Counted from the stretch's first letter, positions 1-9,152 are shown. The stretch: 32,000 nt of DNA from Microcystis aeruginosa NIES-2549 (GCF_000981785.2 NZ_CP011304.1:3000001-3032000); one strand, 5' to 3'. A program made the numbers and translations. Notes: generated by a model from the letters alone, not told the origin.

Positions 1-1131
1 TTGACTCAATTTCTGACAAAAAGCTTGAGCATCGTTCCAACTAACATTTTCTACCGGATTTTGCGGATTATTTTTAAACCGAGAGGGATTGGTTCCCATT
101 ACTGCTTGATATTGTGCCTGAGTCACAGGATATTTCCCAATCGCAAAACTGTTGACTTTAACTTGGTGTGAAGGCTTTTCATAATTGAAAGCATCAGAAT
201 CACTGTCAGGAGATCCCATGAGAAATTCACCTGCTGGTAAGTTCACCATCTCTAGTGTTACTCGATTGGGTAGTTTTTCGGTAAATGGAGTAGGTGAAGC
301 AATTAGGGGTATTGGTGAAACAGGCTTTTTGAGTGCTTGTAAGGCATTTAAAACCTGTTGTGCTGTCCATCTTTGTCTTCTATCTTTTTGCAAACACCCT
401 TCAATAATCGGTTTAAACTCTTTCGGTAAACTGGGGATTTGTAGCTCACAATTTATCACCTTTACCATTAATTGATTATTGTCATTATTGAACTTATAGG
501 GAAATTGATTAGTGGTCATTTGGATTAACATAATACCTAATGACCACAGATCCCAAGCTGAGGAAATATCACCCCTAAAGGCTTCGGGAGGCATATAAAT
601 AATTGTACCGGTATTGTGGACTGTTTGAGTGTGGCTTTTGTTATTTAAGGTTCTAATTAAGCCAAAATCTGCTAACTTGTATTGTTGATTAACCTTGAGG
701 ATATTACCCGGTTTTAAATCTCGATGGACTTTATTTTGTCGATGAAGATAATTTAAGCCCTGGGCGACTTGAGCAGTAATATTTTTAATCTCATCCGCTG
801 ACAAACTGGCTTTGGCAATGTGATTTTCTAGGCTACCCTGTGCCAATTCCATCACTAAATAAAGCATTTCAGTATTGAGAAAAGTAAATTCCCCCACCGC
901 ATAACTCTTAATTAAATTAGGATGTTCTAACTTTCTGGAATTTGTTAACTCAATTAATTTATCATCGCTACTTTCGGGGATAACTTTAATGGCAACTTCT
1001 TTGACCGATGTATTTCTGACCATTTCACTAGCATGAAATACACCACCAAAACCACCCGCACCGAGAAATTTATTAAGACGATAGGAGCCTATTTGTTGCC
1101 CTTCTAACATCTTCATCATTTGGTCTAGCAT
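1..1131 (-). CDS. Ser/Thr protein kinase fused to a C-terminal FGE-sulfatase (SUMF1-like) domain; partial, the C-terminus runs off the window
   Basis: Absent from the ORF track because it is open at the window edge. Hand translation from the ATG at 1129-1131 gives MLDQMMKMLEGQQIGSYRLNKFLGAGGFGGVFHA..VAIKVI (GxGxxG and VAIK), HRDLKPGNIL and LADFG. The same frame down to base 1 reads LPAGEFLMGSP...GKYPVTQAQYQAVMG...PVENVSWNDAQAFCQKLSQ, which are FGE-sulfatase motifs. Confidence 0.85.
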   Translation of the reverse strand, partial: MLDQMMKMLEGQQIGSYRLNKFLGAGGFGGVFHASEMVRNTSVKEVAIKVIPESSDDKLIELTNSRKLEHPNLIKSYAVGEFTFLNTEMLYLVMELAQGSLENHIAKASLSADEIKNITAQVAQGLNYLHRQNKVHRDLKPGNILKVNQQYKLADFGLIRTLNNKSHTQTVHNTGTIIYMPPEAFRGDISSAWDLWSLGIMLIQMTTNQFPYKFNNDNNQLMVKVINCELQIPSLPKEFKPIIEGCLQKDRRQRWTAQQVLNALQALKKPVSPIPLIASPTPFTEKLPNRVTLEMVNLPAGEFLMGSPDSDSDAFNYEKPSHQVKVNSFAIGKYPVTQAQYQAVMGTNPSRFKNNPQNPVENVSWNDAQAFCQKLSQ

Positions 1132-1179
1132 AATAATAACTCCTGAATTAGCCAATTTTTACGTTCTGTAACTATCCTA

Positions 1180-1256
1180 TTAAGTGGGTGGTTTTAACGA
1201 AGGCAAGAGGCAAAAGCTTTATCGAAATGTGTAATTAATTTTGCTTAGGTACTTAA
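1180..1256. repeat. MITE-like element bounded by TTAA; short copy of the family also found at 16410-16516
   Basis: The ends TTAAGT... and ...GTAATTAATTTTGCTTAGGTACTTAA plus an internal GGCAAGAGGCAA are shared with 16410-16516. It lies in the intergenic gap between the kinase start and the cupA terminator. Confidence 0.6.
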
Positions 1257-1391
1257 TACTAAATCTGGCTATTAAATACTGATTATTTATTCCCTCGAGT
1301 AGAAAACGAGTTTCTCGGAAAAACCCGTTTTCTGTGGGTTACTCAACGGATTTAGTATTAGTATGACTTGGGGTTCGGTTATCTCATAATC

Positions 1392-1417
1392 AAAAAAAGG
1401 TGGGCGATAAACCCACC
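1392..1417 (-). terminator. Rho-independent terminator downstream of cupA
   Basis: On the minus strand, GGTGGG-tttatcg-CCCACC is followed directly by TTTTTTT, about 20 nt after the cupA stop. Confidence 0.7.
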
Positions 1418-1437
1418 AGAAAAATAACCCAAAAACC

Positions 1438-2733
1438 TTAACGATAATTAGGACTTTGGATATCTCTAAGACGCGCTTCGGGACGTTTAAATCTGTCCAT
1501 TTGTGCCTCAAAGAATTGACGATTTTTAAGTAAATGTTTGGGATTAGGATCGTCGAGGGGATAGAGTAAAGCAGTGCGTAGAGCTTGAATAACTGCTGAA
1601 GTGACATTATACATCGAGCGCTGGAAACTAATCCCCAATTGAATCAAAATATCATCTTCCCCCCGGCAGTTTTGCTGATAGTAATCAATCAGATATTGGG
1701 GTAAAAAATGATACATATCATCCATTAACAACGTCGGCGGAATTCCCGCAGTACCCACGGGGAAAACATCCGCATAAAGAATGCCATAGTGAAAGTCTTT
1801 TTGTTCGTCAGGAACCTGTTTTGCTTGGGCATTATAGGACTTTGTACCCCGGAAGGGAGCAGTACGATAAAAGACCGCTTCCACATAGGGTAAAGCCGCT
1901 TCATAAAGCCAAGTAAAAGCCTTTGATTTGGGGATAATTTCGTAGCATTGACCATCAATATAAACGTGATGATAAATCGGCCGGCCAGCGATGGCAAAAA
2001 TACCATTAACGAGGAAATTCATGGCATCAGGAACACCTTTAAACCCTCCTTCATCGTAGATATCGGACATCTCGAAAAATACCGGGGCCATCACTTCCCA
2101 GAATAGTCCTAAATTAGAGTAGTAGGACATCATCCGCACCTGTTCCAAAAACATATCGGGGAACAGGTCATAAAGTTTCATCATGACGGGATTTTTCTTG
2201 AAATAGGCCTTAATAGCGCGGTCGGCATTTTGGCGATATTCTTCTGAATCAAGATAGGCATCAAATAAACCCCAACCCATATCGCGGCCATGCCATAACA
2301 TGGCTTGCATACAAGCTTCGGCAAATTCCATATTAACGCGGTCATGCCAGAGGTGATGGATTAATCTGGGCATTTTTCGGGTTTTATCTTTATCCATGAA
2401 TTCTAACAATTCAGGGTGAGCGGAACCCGTACCGCGCCAGATGCGTAAATCGGCATTATCGCCAGCGTAATGATTTTGTAGGTCTAGGTATTCTTGGGGC
2501 AGAAAATATTTAAAAAAGGGCAAAGGATCGAGGAAAACTCGTTCGGCAATATAGAGCAGATCTCGCCAATAAAAATCCATCGGCACGGCATAAGCTTTAT
2601 AAATGCCGATAATTTGCATCAGGTTTTCGGGAGTATCCGGCAACATGGATCCACCCGCTTCTAAACGATAGATAATGTCGGCGAATTCGTGATTAGAAGG
2701 GGGAATTTTGGCTTTGATTAATGTCCCAGTCAT
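1438..2733 (-). CDS. cupA: CO2 hydration protein CupA/ChpY of the NDH-1(3) high-affinity CO2 uptake complex
   Basis: 431-aa ORF with an ATG start, immediately downstream of ndhD3/ndhF3. Size and sequence character fit the ChpXY family; the position next to the D3/F3 paralogues points to CupA rather than CupB. Confidence 0.88.
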   Translation of the reverse strand: MTGTLIKAKIPPSNHEFADIIYRLEAGGSMLPDTPENLMQIIGIYKAYAVPMDFYWRDLLYIAERVFLDPLPFFKYFLPQEYLDLQNHYAGDNADLRIWRGTGSAHPELLEFMDKDKTRKMPRLIHHLWHDRVNMEFAEACMQAMLWHGRDMGWGLFDAYLDSEEYRQNADRAIKAYFKKNPVMMKLYDLFPDMFLEQVRMMSYYSNLGLFWEVMAPVFFEMSDIYDEGGFKGVPDAMNFLVNGIFAIAGRPIYHHVYIDGQCYEIIPKSKAFTWLYEAALPYVEAVFYRTAPFRGTKSYNAQAKQVPDEQKDFHYGILYADVFPVGTAGIPPTLLMDDMYHFLPQYLIDYYQQNCRGEDDILIQLGISFQRSMYNVTSAVIQALRTALLYPLDDPNPKHLLKNRQFFEAQMDRFKRPEARLRDIQSPNYR

Positions 2734-2790
2734 AGTTTTAGGTAAAGTAATTAGCAGCGGTTACAATAATTCGGAAACAGCAAGGGATAA

Positions 2791-4341
2791 CTAACTATTA
2801 CTCAAATATTTACCCCGATTCAACCAGTTGGTTTTTGAGGACTTTTGCGGAGATTTTTTGAAGACAAAACTAGGTTTTGCTTCTCCCGATAAGCTGGCAA
2901 CCATCGAGTTAGTGGTGGGTTCAATCCAACGGACTAAATAATTGGGTTGAATACCTAAAAAGACGATTAATACCATTAGGACAAAAGCGGGGATAGTTTC
3001 CGATTTCAGGACTTTGGGATAGTAGGCAAGTTTATTATCCAATTTACCAAAACAGGTGCGATTAAGCAGGATAACAAAGTAAACCGCCGTTAAACCGGAA
3101 GCGATGATACAGAGAACCGTCTGCACGGGAAAACGGGAGAAACTACCCTGAAAAACGATAAATTCCGCCACAAATCCCACTAATCCGGGAATCCCGGCGC
3201 TGGCCATACCGGCGAGAATTAATAGGGCGCTAACCAGGGGTAAACCGCGAATTGGGTTCATTAAACCGTTTAAAACGTCTAAATCTCTAGTTCCGGCTTT
3301 GCGTTCGACGATGCCCACCAGATAGAATAAGAGGGCGAGAATAAGACCGTGGCTAATCATTTGCGCGACGGCACCAAGGACGCTTAAACCCGTGCCGGCG
3401 GCGGCTGCTACCAGTATATAGCCCATGTGACCGATCGAACTGTAGGCCACCATGCGTTTAATGTCTTTTTGGGCAATAGCGCTCAAGGCCCCGTAAATAA
3501 CGCTAATAACGCCGATAATTGCCAGTCCGGGGGCGATTAAAGACCAAGTTTCTGGGAATAATTGCAGACCAAAGCGAACTAAGCCATAAGTACCGAGTTT
3601 AGCGAGGATACCACCTAGTAAAATGGCTGTAGCGGGGGAAGCTTCCGTGTAGGCATCCGGTAGCCAAGTATGGAGAGGTACGAGGGGGATTTTGATGCCA
3701 AATCCCACTAACAGCAGAGTTAAGAGCAGTAATTGGGTTTTTTGGGAGAAATCGGCGGTGGAGAGGGAGGAATAGTCAAAAGTACCACCGTTGAGAAAAC
3801 CTATGCCTAAAAATGCCGCTAGGACTAATAACCCGGAGACAGCAGTGTAGAGAAGAAATTTAATCGAAGCATAGCCACGTTTTTCGCCTCCCCAGATAGC
3901 AATCATCAGATAAAAGGGGATTAATTCTAGTTCATAGAAAACGATGAACAGCAGCAGGTTTTTAGCCATTAATGCCCCAGAAACCCCGGCGTTAATCAGG
4001 AGGATTAGGATGTAATAAAGTCGGGGACGCTCTACTTTTTCTTCGGTACTATAGATAGCTATTCCTGTCAAGAAACAGTTTAAAATAATTAACGGTAAGG
4101 ACAAACCATCGACTCCGAGGTTATAACTTAAACCGATTGGTTTTGCCCATTCGCGGTATTCAGAAAATTGAAAGCCATTACTGGTTAAGTTATATTGGGT
4201 CAGCAGATATAAAGACCACAAGAAGACGGCGGCAACAAAAAAGAGGGTAATTTGACGTAATTTTGCTGGGGCAAATTTATCGGGGAAAAGACCGACGATA
4301 ATTGCTCCAAGTATTGGCAACCAAAGCAGGGTACTGAGCAT
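2791..4341 (-). CDS. ndhD3: NAD(P)H-quinone oxidoreductase subunit 4 paralogue NdhD3
   Basis: Polytopic NuoM/NdhD-type membrane protein located between ndhF3 and cupA. The track ORF starts at a TTG (4392); I prefer the ATG at 4341 (MLSTLLWLPILGA...). Confidence 0.88.
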   Translation of the reverse strand: MLSTLLWLPILGAIIVGLFPDKFAPAKLRQITLFFVAAVFLWSLYLLTQYNLTSNGFQFSEYREWAKPIGLSYNLGVDGLSLPLIILNCFLTGIAIYSTEEKVERPRLYYILILLINAGVSGALMAKNLLLFIVFYELELIPFYLMIAIWGGEKRGYASIKFLLYTAVSGLLVLAAFLGIGFLNGGTFDYSSLSTADFSQKTQLLLLTLLLVGFGIKIPLVPLHTWLPDAYTEASPATAILLGGILAKLGTYGLVRFGLQLFPETWSLIAPGLAIIGVISVIYGALSAIAQKDIKRMVAYSSIGHMGYILVAAAAGTGLSVLGAVAQMISHGLILALLFYLVGIVERKAGTRDLDVLNGLMNPIRGLPLVSALLILAGMASAGIPGLVGFVAEFIVFQGSFSRFPVQTVLCIIASGLTAVYFVILLNRTCFGKLDNKLAYYPKVLKSETIPAFVLMVLIVFLGIQPNYLVRWIEPTTNSMVASLSGEAKPSFVFKKSPQKSSKTNWLNRGKYLSNS

Positions 4342-4419
4342 ATTGGTATCGATCGAATTTATAATGACTGGGATGAGAAAAGGATTAGCCAAACGACACG
4401 ATGACTAATCTGGAATTGA

Positions 4420-5145
4420 CTAAATTAAATTCACTTTGCCGGTATCGAGATCGTAGTAGGCTCCAACAATTTTTAATTGTTTTTTATCTACTAAATCACC
4501 CATGACCGGGGACTTGCCTAATTTCTCTACTTGATAGACAACATTGGATTTAATGGCTCGCTCAAGTTTGTCGGAACCGGGTTGTTTTTCAGACCGATCA
4601 ACTCCCACCTGTAGGCCATCGATTAAACGACCGATTTGTCCGGGAAAACGACCCCCTTCAATGGTGGCTTTTACCGCTCCACAACGAGAATGGCCGAGGA
4701 CAACAATTACCTTAGCTCCTAACACCAACGTGCCGAATTCGAGGCTACCAATTTCTTCGGAAGTGGCTAAATTTCCCGCTACCCGACAAACAAATAGATC
4801 TCCTAATCCTTGATCAAAAACAATTTCTGCCGGCACGCGAGAATCGGCACAGCCCAAAATTGCCGCAAAAGGGGCTTGACTTTCGGCCACTTCTGTGAGT
4901 CGAGCTTGATCGCGGTTAGGACTTTTTTTTCTTCGTTCCCAGAAACGTTGATTGCCTTCCATGAGCATAGTTAAGGCCTGGTCTGGGTTCAATCCTTGAT
5001 TTTGAGCGGTTAGCCATGGCTGGGAATTAACAGCAGTTTGGGCGTTAGTTTTGGACAACTGAGAACCCAAAACAGAGGCGGTTAGACTGGTTCCCAAAAA
5101 ACCACCCCCATAACGAATTAATTGGCGACGAGAGGTATTGAACAT
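4420..5145 (-). CDS. ecaB: Beta-class carbonic anhydrase with an N-terminal twin-arginine signal (EcaB-like), embedded in the NDH-1(3) operon
   Basis: Beta-CA zinc-ligand motifs CADSR (LGCADSRVPAE) and HSRCG (VLGHSRCGAV). The N-terminus MFNTSRRQLIRYGGGFLG.. looks like a Tat signal. The symbol is assigned by analogy only. Confidence 0.8.
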   Translation of the reverse strand: MFNTSRRQLIRYGGGFLGTSLTASVLGSQLSKTNAQTAVNSQPWLTAQNQGLNPDQALTMLMEGNQRFWERRKKSPNRDQARLTEVAESQAPFAAILGCADSRVPAEIVFDQGLGDLFVCRVAGNLATSEEIGSLEFGTLVLGAKVIVVLGHSRCGAVKATIEGGRFPGQIGRLIDGLQVGVDRSEKQPGSDKLERAIKSNVVYQVEKLGKSPVMGDLVDKKQLKIVGAYYDLDTGKVNLI

Positions 5146-5225
5146 AGGTAATTGTTTCCATTAATCAGGACAAATCCTATTGTCAGGGCCGGGGATGCTA
5201 AAGAAAAGCCTAAGTTATCAAATCT

Positions 5226-7079
5226 TTAACTGAAAACTAGAGAAATTTGTGCTAGTAGGGGCCAGCAGATGATAATACCAATCAAAGCCACCCCCAAAAT
5301 AATCGACAGAAAGTAAAATTGGGTCTGTCCTGAGACGTTATATTTCAAACTCTGACCACCAAAAACCGTGGCTAATCCCACCAGATTAACGATCCCATCC
5401 ACCAGAAAGGTATCGATCCAGTTAATAATTTGCGAAATTAATCCGACGACAAAAACGATGGTGACTTTATACAATTGGGCTGTATAAAGGTCGTTGGCAA
5501 AGAAATCTTGAAGGGCTTTCGGTTGAAAAACGATCGGTTTGGAGATATTTTCATTCAGATAAATATAGGCTGCCGGAATTACGCCCCCAGCAGTGGAAAG
5601 TACCAAGAGAAAAGCCACTCCCAGATTTAAGTTACTTGGTAATAAATGCCATTGCGCTAATAAAATCGGCAGATGAAGGGCGAAACCCATGGTCACAGTC
5701 ATGGGGATAACTAAGGGCCAAAGAGCTTCCGGAGAGCGCAGGGTCATCGGTTTGATTTTACCGCCAAAGAAAACGCAAAATTCTCTAGTGACACTAAAAG
5801 CAGTTAAAGCATTGACCAACAATAGCACTAATAACAGTAAACCACTGACTTCTGCGAGGCGATCGCCCATGCGGGCTAATGACCAAAAACCACCAAAGGG
5901 AGGCAGTGCGACTAAACTAGCGGCACCGACGAGATAACAAATGCCGGAAACGGGACGACGGGACCATAAACCGCCGTATTGGCTTAAATCTTGGCTGATA
6001 TTATTCCAAACGATGTTACCCACCACCATGACTAACAGGGACATAGCGATCGCATAAGTAAAGAGTAACACTAAAGCGGTTTCCGTTTGTCCGGTGGCCA
6101 CAGCGATAAAAATCAGTCCCATGTAGGCACTGACGGAATAGGAAAGGGAGCGCTTGACATCGATCTGGGCGATCGCAATTAACCCCGCACCGATAGCGGT
6201 GACAGAGCCAACAATGATCATCACCTGTAAGGTTAAGGACGATAATTGTAGCACTGGCTCTAATTTGACCAATAACCAAGCGCCAGTGGAAACGACGACG
6301 GTATTCCGCAGAATTGTCGCTGGCATCGGTCCTTCCATGGCCTCATCTAGCCATAAATGCAGGGGAAATTGAGCGCATTTGCCCATTGGACCTGCAATCA
6401 GGGCTAAACAGAGTAAATTAGCCACATTGGGGTTTAAATCGGCTGTAGCCGCCCATTCTGCCAATTGGTCAAAGTTCCAGGTTCCCGCCAGGGGTAAAAG
6501 GGCCACCACTCCCATCAAGAGGATTAAATCGCCAATCCGTTTGGTTAGGAAAGCATCCCGCGCCCCCGTTACCACCAGAGATTGATTGAACCAGAAACCA
6601 ATCAGTAGATAAGTGCCGAGGGTGAGAACTTCTAGCACACAATAGCTGAAAAATAGCGAATTACAGATAACTAGGGCGCACATACCCCCTTCAAAGAGGG
6701 CGACGAGAGAATAAAACCTTGCCCAACCCCAATCCATTTCTAGATAGGCGATCGCATATACCTGGGCGGCGAGGTTTAAGCCGGTAATTAGCAGTAAAGC
6801 CCCGATATTAACGGCCGAAATCTGCACATCTAAAGATATGCTTAAATCTGCGGCATTTAGCCAATTAAATGCTATAGATTGCGGCGGACGACCCCAAACG
6901 GCGAGCAAAGCAAAAAGGCTATGCAAAAAAGCCCAGCAGGTCATGATCAAGTTCAGATAACCGGCCGGTCGCGGGCCGGTTTGCCGGATAATACCGGGAG
7001 ACCAGGGTAGAGCGAGAAGTGCGCCGGCGAAGGCATAAAGAGGTACCAACCAGATAGTCTGGCTGAAGGACTCGAACAT
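5226..7079 (-). CDS. ndhF3: NAD(P)H-quinone oxidoreductase subunit 5 paralogue NdhF3
   Basis: 617-aa NuoL/NdhF-type polytopic protein with an ATG start; first structural gene of the ndhF3-ndhD3-cupA arrangement. Confidence 0.9.
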   Translation of the reverse strand: MFESFSQTIWLVPLYAFAGALLALPWSPGIIRQTGPRPAGYLNLIMTCWAFLHSLFALLAVWGRPPQSIAFNWLNAADLSISLDVQISAVNIGALLLITGLNLAAQVYAIAYLEMDWGWARFYSLVALFEGGMCALVICNSLFFSYCVLEVLTLGTYLLIGFWFNQSLVVTGARDAFLTKRIGDLILLMGVVALLPLAGTWNFDQLAEWAATADLNPNVANLLCLALIAGPMGKCAQFPLHLWLDEAMEGPMPATILRNTVVVSTGAWLLVKLEPVLQLSSLTLQVMIIVGSVTAIGAGLIAIAQIDVKRSLSYSVSAYMGLIFIAVATGQTETALVLLFTYAIAMSLLVMVVGNIVWNNISQDLSQYGGLWSRRPVSGICYLVGAASLVALPPFGGFWSLARMGDRLAEVSGLLLLVLLLVNALTAFSVTREFCVFFGGKIKPMTLRSPEALWPLVIPMTVTMGFALHLPILLAQWHLLPSNLNLGVAFLLVLSTAGGVIPAAYIYLNENISKPIVFQPKALQDFFANDLYTAQLYKVTIVFVVGLISQIINWIDTFLVDGIVNLVGLATVFGGQSLKYNVSGQTQFYFLSIILGVALIGIIICWPLLAQISLVFS

Positions 7080-7125
7080 ATAACCACCTCAAGAAGAAAA
7101 ATGATCCTGAATTAAAGTTTAAGGT

Positions 7126-8070
7126 TTAATGGCTCACTAATAAGCTGTCACCATTTTTTAACGGGGCATGAATGGGGATGGTTTGACTAGCTTCCAGCAG
7201 GTATTTTAAAAAGGCATCGGCAATCACGGAAAGTTGTTTTCCGGCCAGATAACAAACGTACCAATTGCGCTGAATTGGAAACTGTTCCACGTCGAGGATG
7301 GTTAATTCGCCGTTTTCCCCTTCCGAGATGAGAGTATGCTTAGATAGTACCGATATTCCCAAACCCCCAGAAATAGCCTGTTTAATCGCCTCGTTACTGC
7401 CTAATTCCAAGCGCACCCTAACTTTAATATCGTGGAGATTAAATAATTTTTGTACCGCTTGCCTGGTTCCAGATCCCGATTCGCGCATAATAAAAGGTTG
7501 ATGGTTGAGGCACTCAAGGGGAAGATTTTTCTGTCCCACCAATGGATGATCTCGTCGCGCCACCACCACTAGGGGATTTTCTAGGAAAGACTGAGAACAC
7601 AGTTCCACTTCTTCCGGCGGTTGACTGAGAATATACAGGTCATCCTCGTTATTTAACATTCGCTCTTGCAGTTTCTGATGATTAGTCACTTGCAGGGCAA
7701 TGTCAATACCGGGATACTGTTGACAGAATGCCCCTAGTAATCGCGGTACAAAGTATTTAGCGGTAGTAATTACGCCTAAAGTTAGCTTTCCCTGTCTAGT
7801 TCCCTTAATATCGGCCACTTTCATTTGAAAGTTGTCCAATTTCTTAAAAATCTCTTGACAGGTGAACAGTAATTCCTGACCCGCTTCGGTTAAAAATAAA
7901 CGTTTGCCAATTTGCTCGAATAGCGGTAAACCCACGGCTTTTGTGAGTTGTTTGACTTGGGTTGAGACGGTAGGTTGAGTGATAAATAACTCCTCGGCCG
8001 CCTTGGTAAAGCTACTGTGTCGAGCGGTAGCCTCGAAAACCCTTAACTGGTGCAGGGTTGCCTGTATCAA
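7126..8070 (-). CDS. ccmR: LysR-type transcriptional regulator of the CbbR/CmpR/NdhR(CcmR) group
   Basis: N-terminal wHTH LHQLRVFEATARHSSFTKAAEELFITQPTVSTQVKQLTKAVGLPLFEQIGKRL plus a LysR substrate-binding domain. It lies 46 bp upstream of ndhF3 on the same strand and has a TTG start codon. Confidence 0.8.
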   Translation of the reverse strand: MIQATLHQLRVFEATARHSSFTKAAEELFITQPTVSTQVKQLTKAVGLPLFEQIGKRLFLTEAGQELLFTCQEIFKKLDNFQMKVADIKGTRQGKLTLGVITTAKYFVPRLLGAFCQQYPGIDIALQVTNHQKLQERMLNNEDDLYILSQPPEEVELCSQSFLENPLVVVARRDHPLVGQKNLPLECLNHQPFIMRESGSGTRQAVQKLFNLHDIKVRVRLELGSNEAIKQAISGGLGISVLSKHTLISEGENGELTILDVEQFPIQRNWYVCYLAGKQLSVIADAFLKYLLEASQTIPIHAPLKNGDSLLVSH

Positions 8071-8207
8071 GTTCTTATCCTCTTCTCAATAACAACTATT
8101 TGTCACCATCAATCCTAACGCCTTTATAGATTCTAGTCAATTAACTTTTTGATAAATATAGACTCTACTAGATATAACCGCAGCTTAAGACCTTTTGTAG
8201 CTGTCAG

Positions 8208-8272
8208 CTTTTTTCTCCTTCCTCCCCTCTCCCCCACTTCCCTGCTCCCTTCTCCTCTTCTCCCTTCTCCCT
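8208..8272. repeat. 65-nt polypyrimidine (CT-rich) tract
   Basis: The plus strand is all C/T except two purines (8236, 8244). It sits upstream of ccmR and abuts the MITE-like repeat. Confidence 0.8.
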
Positions 8273-8373
8273 AGGGTTGATTCAAGGTAGGGTTGATTCA
8301 TGAATCAACCCTACCCTTAATCCCCCCTTGATAAGGGGGGTGTCTGATAATTTTTAATGCCTACCTACTTAAT
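8273..8373. repeat. Composite MITE-like repeat: perfect 30-bp palindrome (8286-8315) plus a hairpin-bearing element (CCCCCCTTGATAAGGGGGG...GCCTACCTACTTAAT)
   Basis: GGTAGGGTTGATTCA|TGAATCAACCCTACC is a perfect palindrome. The adjacent element recurs inverted at 11661-11760 and without the palindrome at 29459-29522. Confidence 0.65.
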
Positions 8374-8420
8374 TATCTTGCTACAATCAAAAAACAACCA
8401 TCTATTAAAATTAAAAGACA

Positions 8421-9152
8421 ATGGTTAGTTATCTTGATATTGACGACGATCTTCTTTTCCCCGATAGTGATGGTCAACCGATGGCAGATAATACCGAACA
8501 ATATGAGTGGATTGTTAAAATTAAGGAGAATTTAGAAATTATCTTTGCTGATGACCCTAGGGTGTTTATTGCTGGAGATTTACTCTGGTATCCTCTGCGT
8601 TCTACTTTGGTTTCACCGGTTGCTCCCGATGTGATGGTAGCTTTTGGCCGTCCCAAAGGACGAAGGGGTTCCTATCGTCAATGGCAGGAGGAAAATATCG
8701 CTCCTCAAGTGGTTTTTGAAATTCTATCACCGAAGAATACAAAAGCAGAAATGAGTCGAAAATTAGAGTTTTATGACACATATAATGTAGAAGAATACTA
8801 TTTATATAATCCCATGCGCTGTCGTTTACAAGGTTGGCAAAGACAGGGAGAAAATTTAAGAGAAATTATCCCCATCAATGACTGGATAAGTCCCCGCTTA
8901 GGTATGCGTTTTATCTGGGATAAATCTAGTTTAGAATTGTATCGTCCCGATGGAGAGAAATTTTTAACAACTGTTGAGTTAGAGTCTCAAATGCGTCAAG
9001 AAAAGAAACGTGCCGATAAAGAACAGAAACGCGCTGATAAAGAACAGAAACGCGCTGATAAAGAAAAAAAACGTGCTGATAAAGAAAAACAACGTGCAGA
9101 CCGACTAGCGGAACGCTTACAGGCGTTAGGATTAAGTTTAGAAGAAGAATAA
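8421..9152 (+). CDS. Uma2-family (DUF820) putative endonuclease with a repetitive charged C-terminal tail
   Basis: The pattern DSDGQPMADNTEQYEWI...FIAGDLLWYP...APDVMVAFGRPKG.RGSY..W.E....PQVVFEILSP.N...E...K...Y...V.EYY.Y.P is typical of cyanobacterial Uma2 proteins. The tail carries (KRADKEQ)n. Confidence 0.85.
   Translation: MVSYLDIDDDLLFPDSDGQPMADNTEQYEWIVKIKENLEIIFADDPRVFIAGDLLWYPLRSTLVSPVAPDVMVAFGRPKGRRGSYRQWQEENIAPQVVFEILSPKNTKAEMSRKLEFYDTYNVEEYYLYNPMRCRLQGWQRQGENLREIIPINDWISPRLGMRFIWDKSSLELYRPDGEKFLTTVELESQMRQEKKRADKEQKRADKEQKRADKEKKRADKEKQRADRLAERLQALGLSLEEE
9006..9110 (+). repeat. In-frame 21-bp tandem repeat: 4 good copies plus 1 degenerate
   Basis: AAACG(T/C)GC(C/T)GATAAAGAA(C/A)A(G/A) units at 9006, 9027, 9048 and 9069, with a degenerate unit from 9090. 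They encode KRADKEQ/KRADKEK. Confidence 0.9.

Noticed and set aside
185-475. 96-aa plus-strand ORF
   Set aside because: It lies entirely antisense to the well-supported kinase/FGE coding frame, has odd composition and matches no recognisable motif.
1287-1607. 106-aa minus-strand ORF downstream of and overlapping cupA; considered as a possible cupS
   Set aside because: It overlaps the cupA 3' end in another frame and spans the cupA terminator hairpin. The sequence is low-complexity and not CupS-like.
4342-4392. TTG-initiated 17-aa extension of NdhD3
   Set aside because: An in-frame ATG at 4341 begins the conserved hydrophobic N-terminus, and the extension would leave only 27 nt to the upstream CA gene. 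It was kept only as an alternative.
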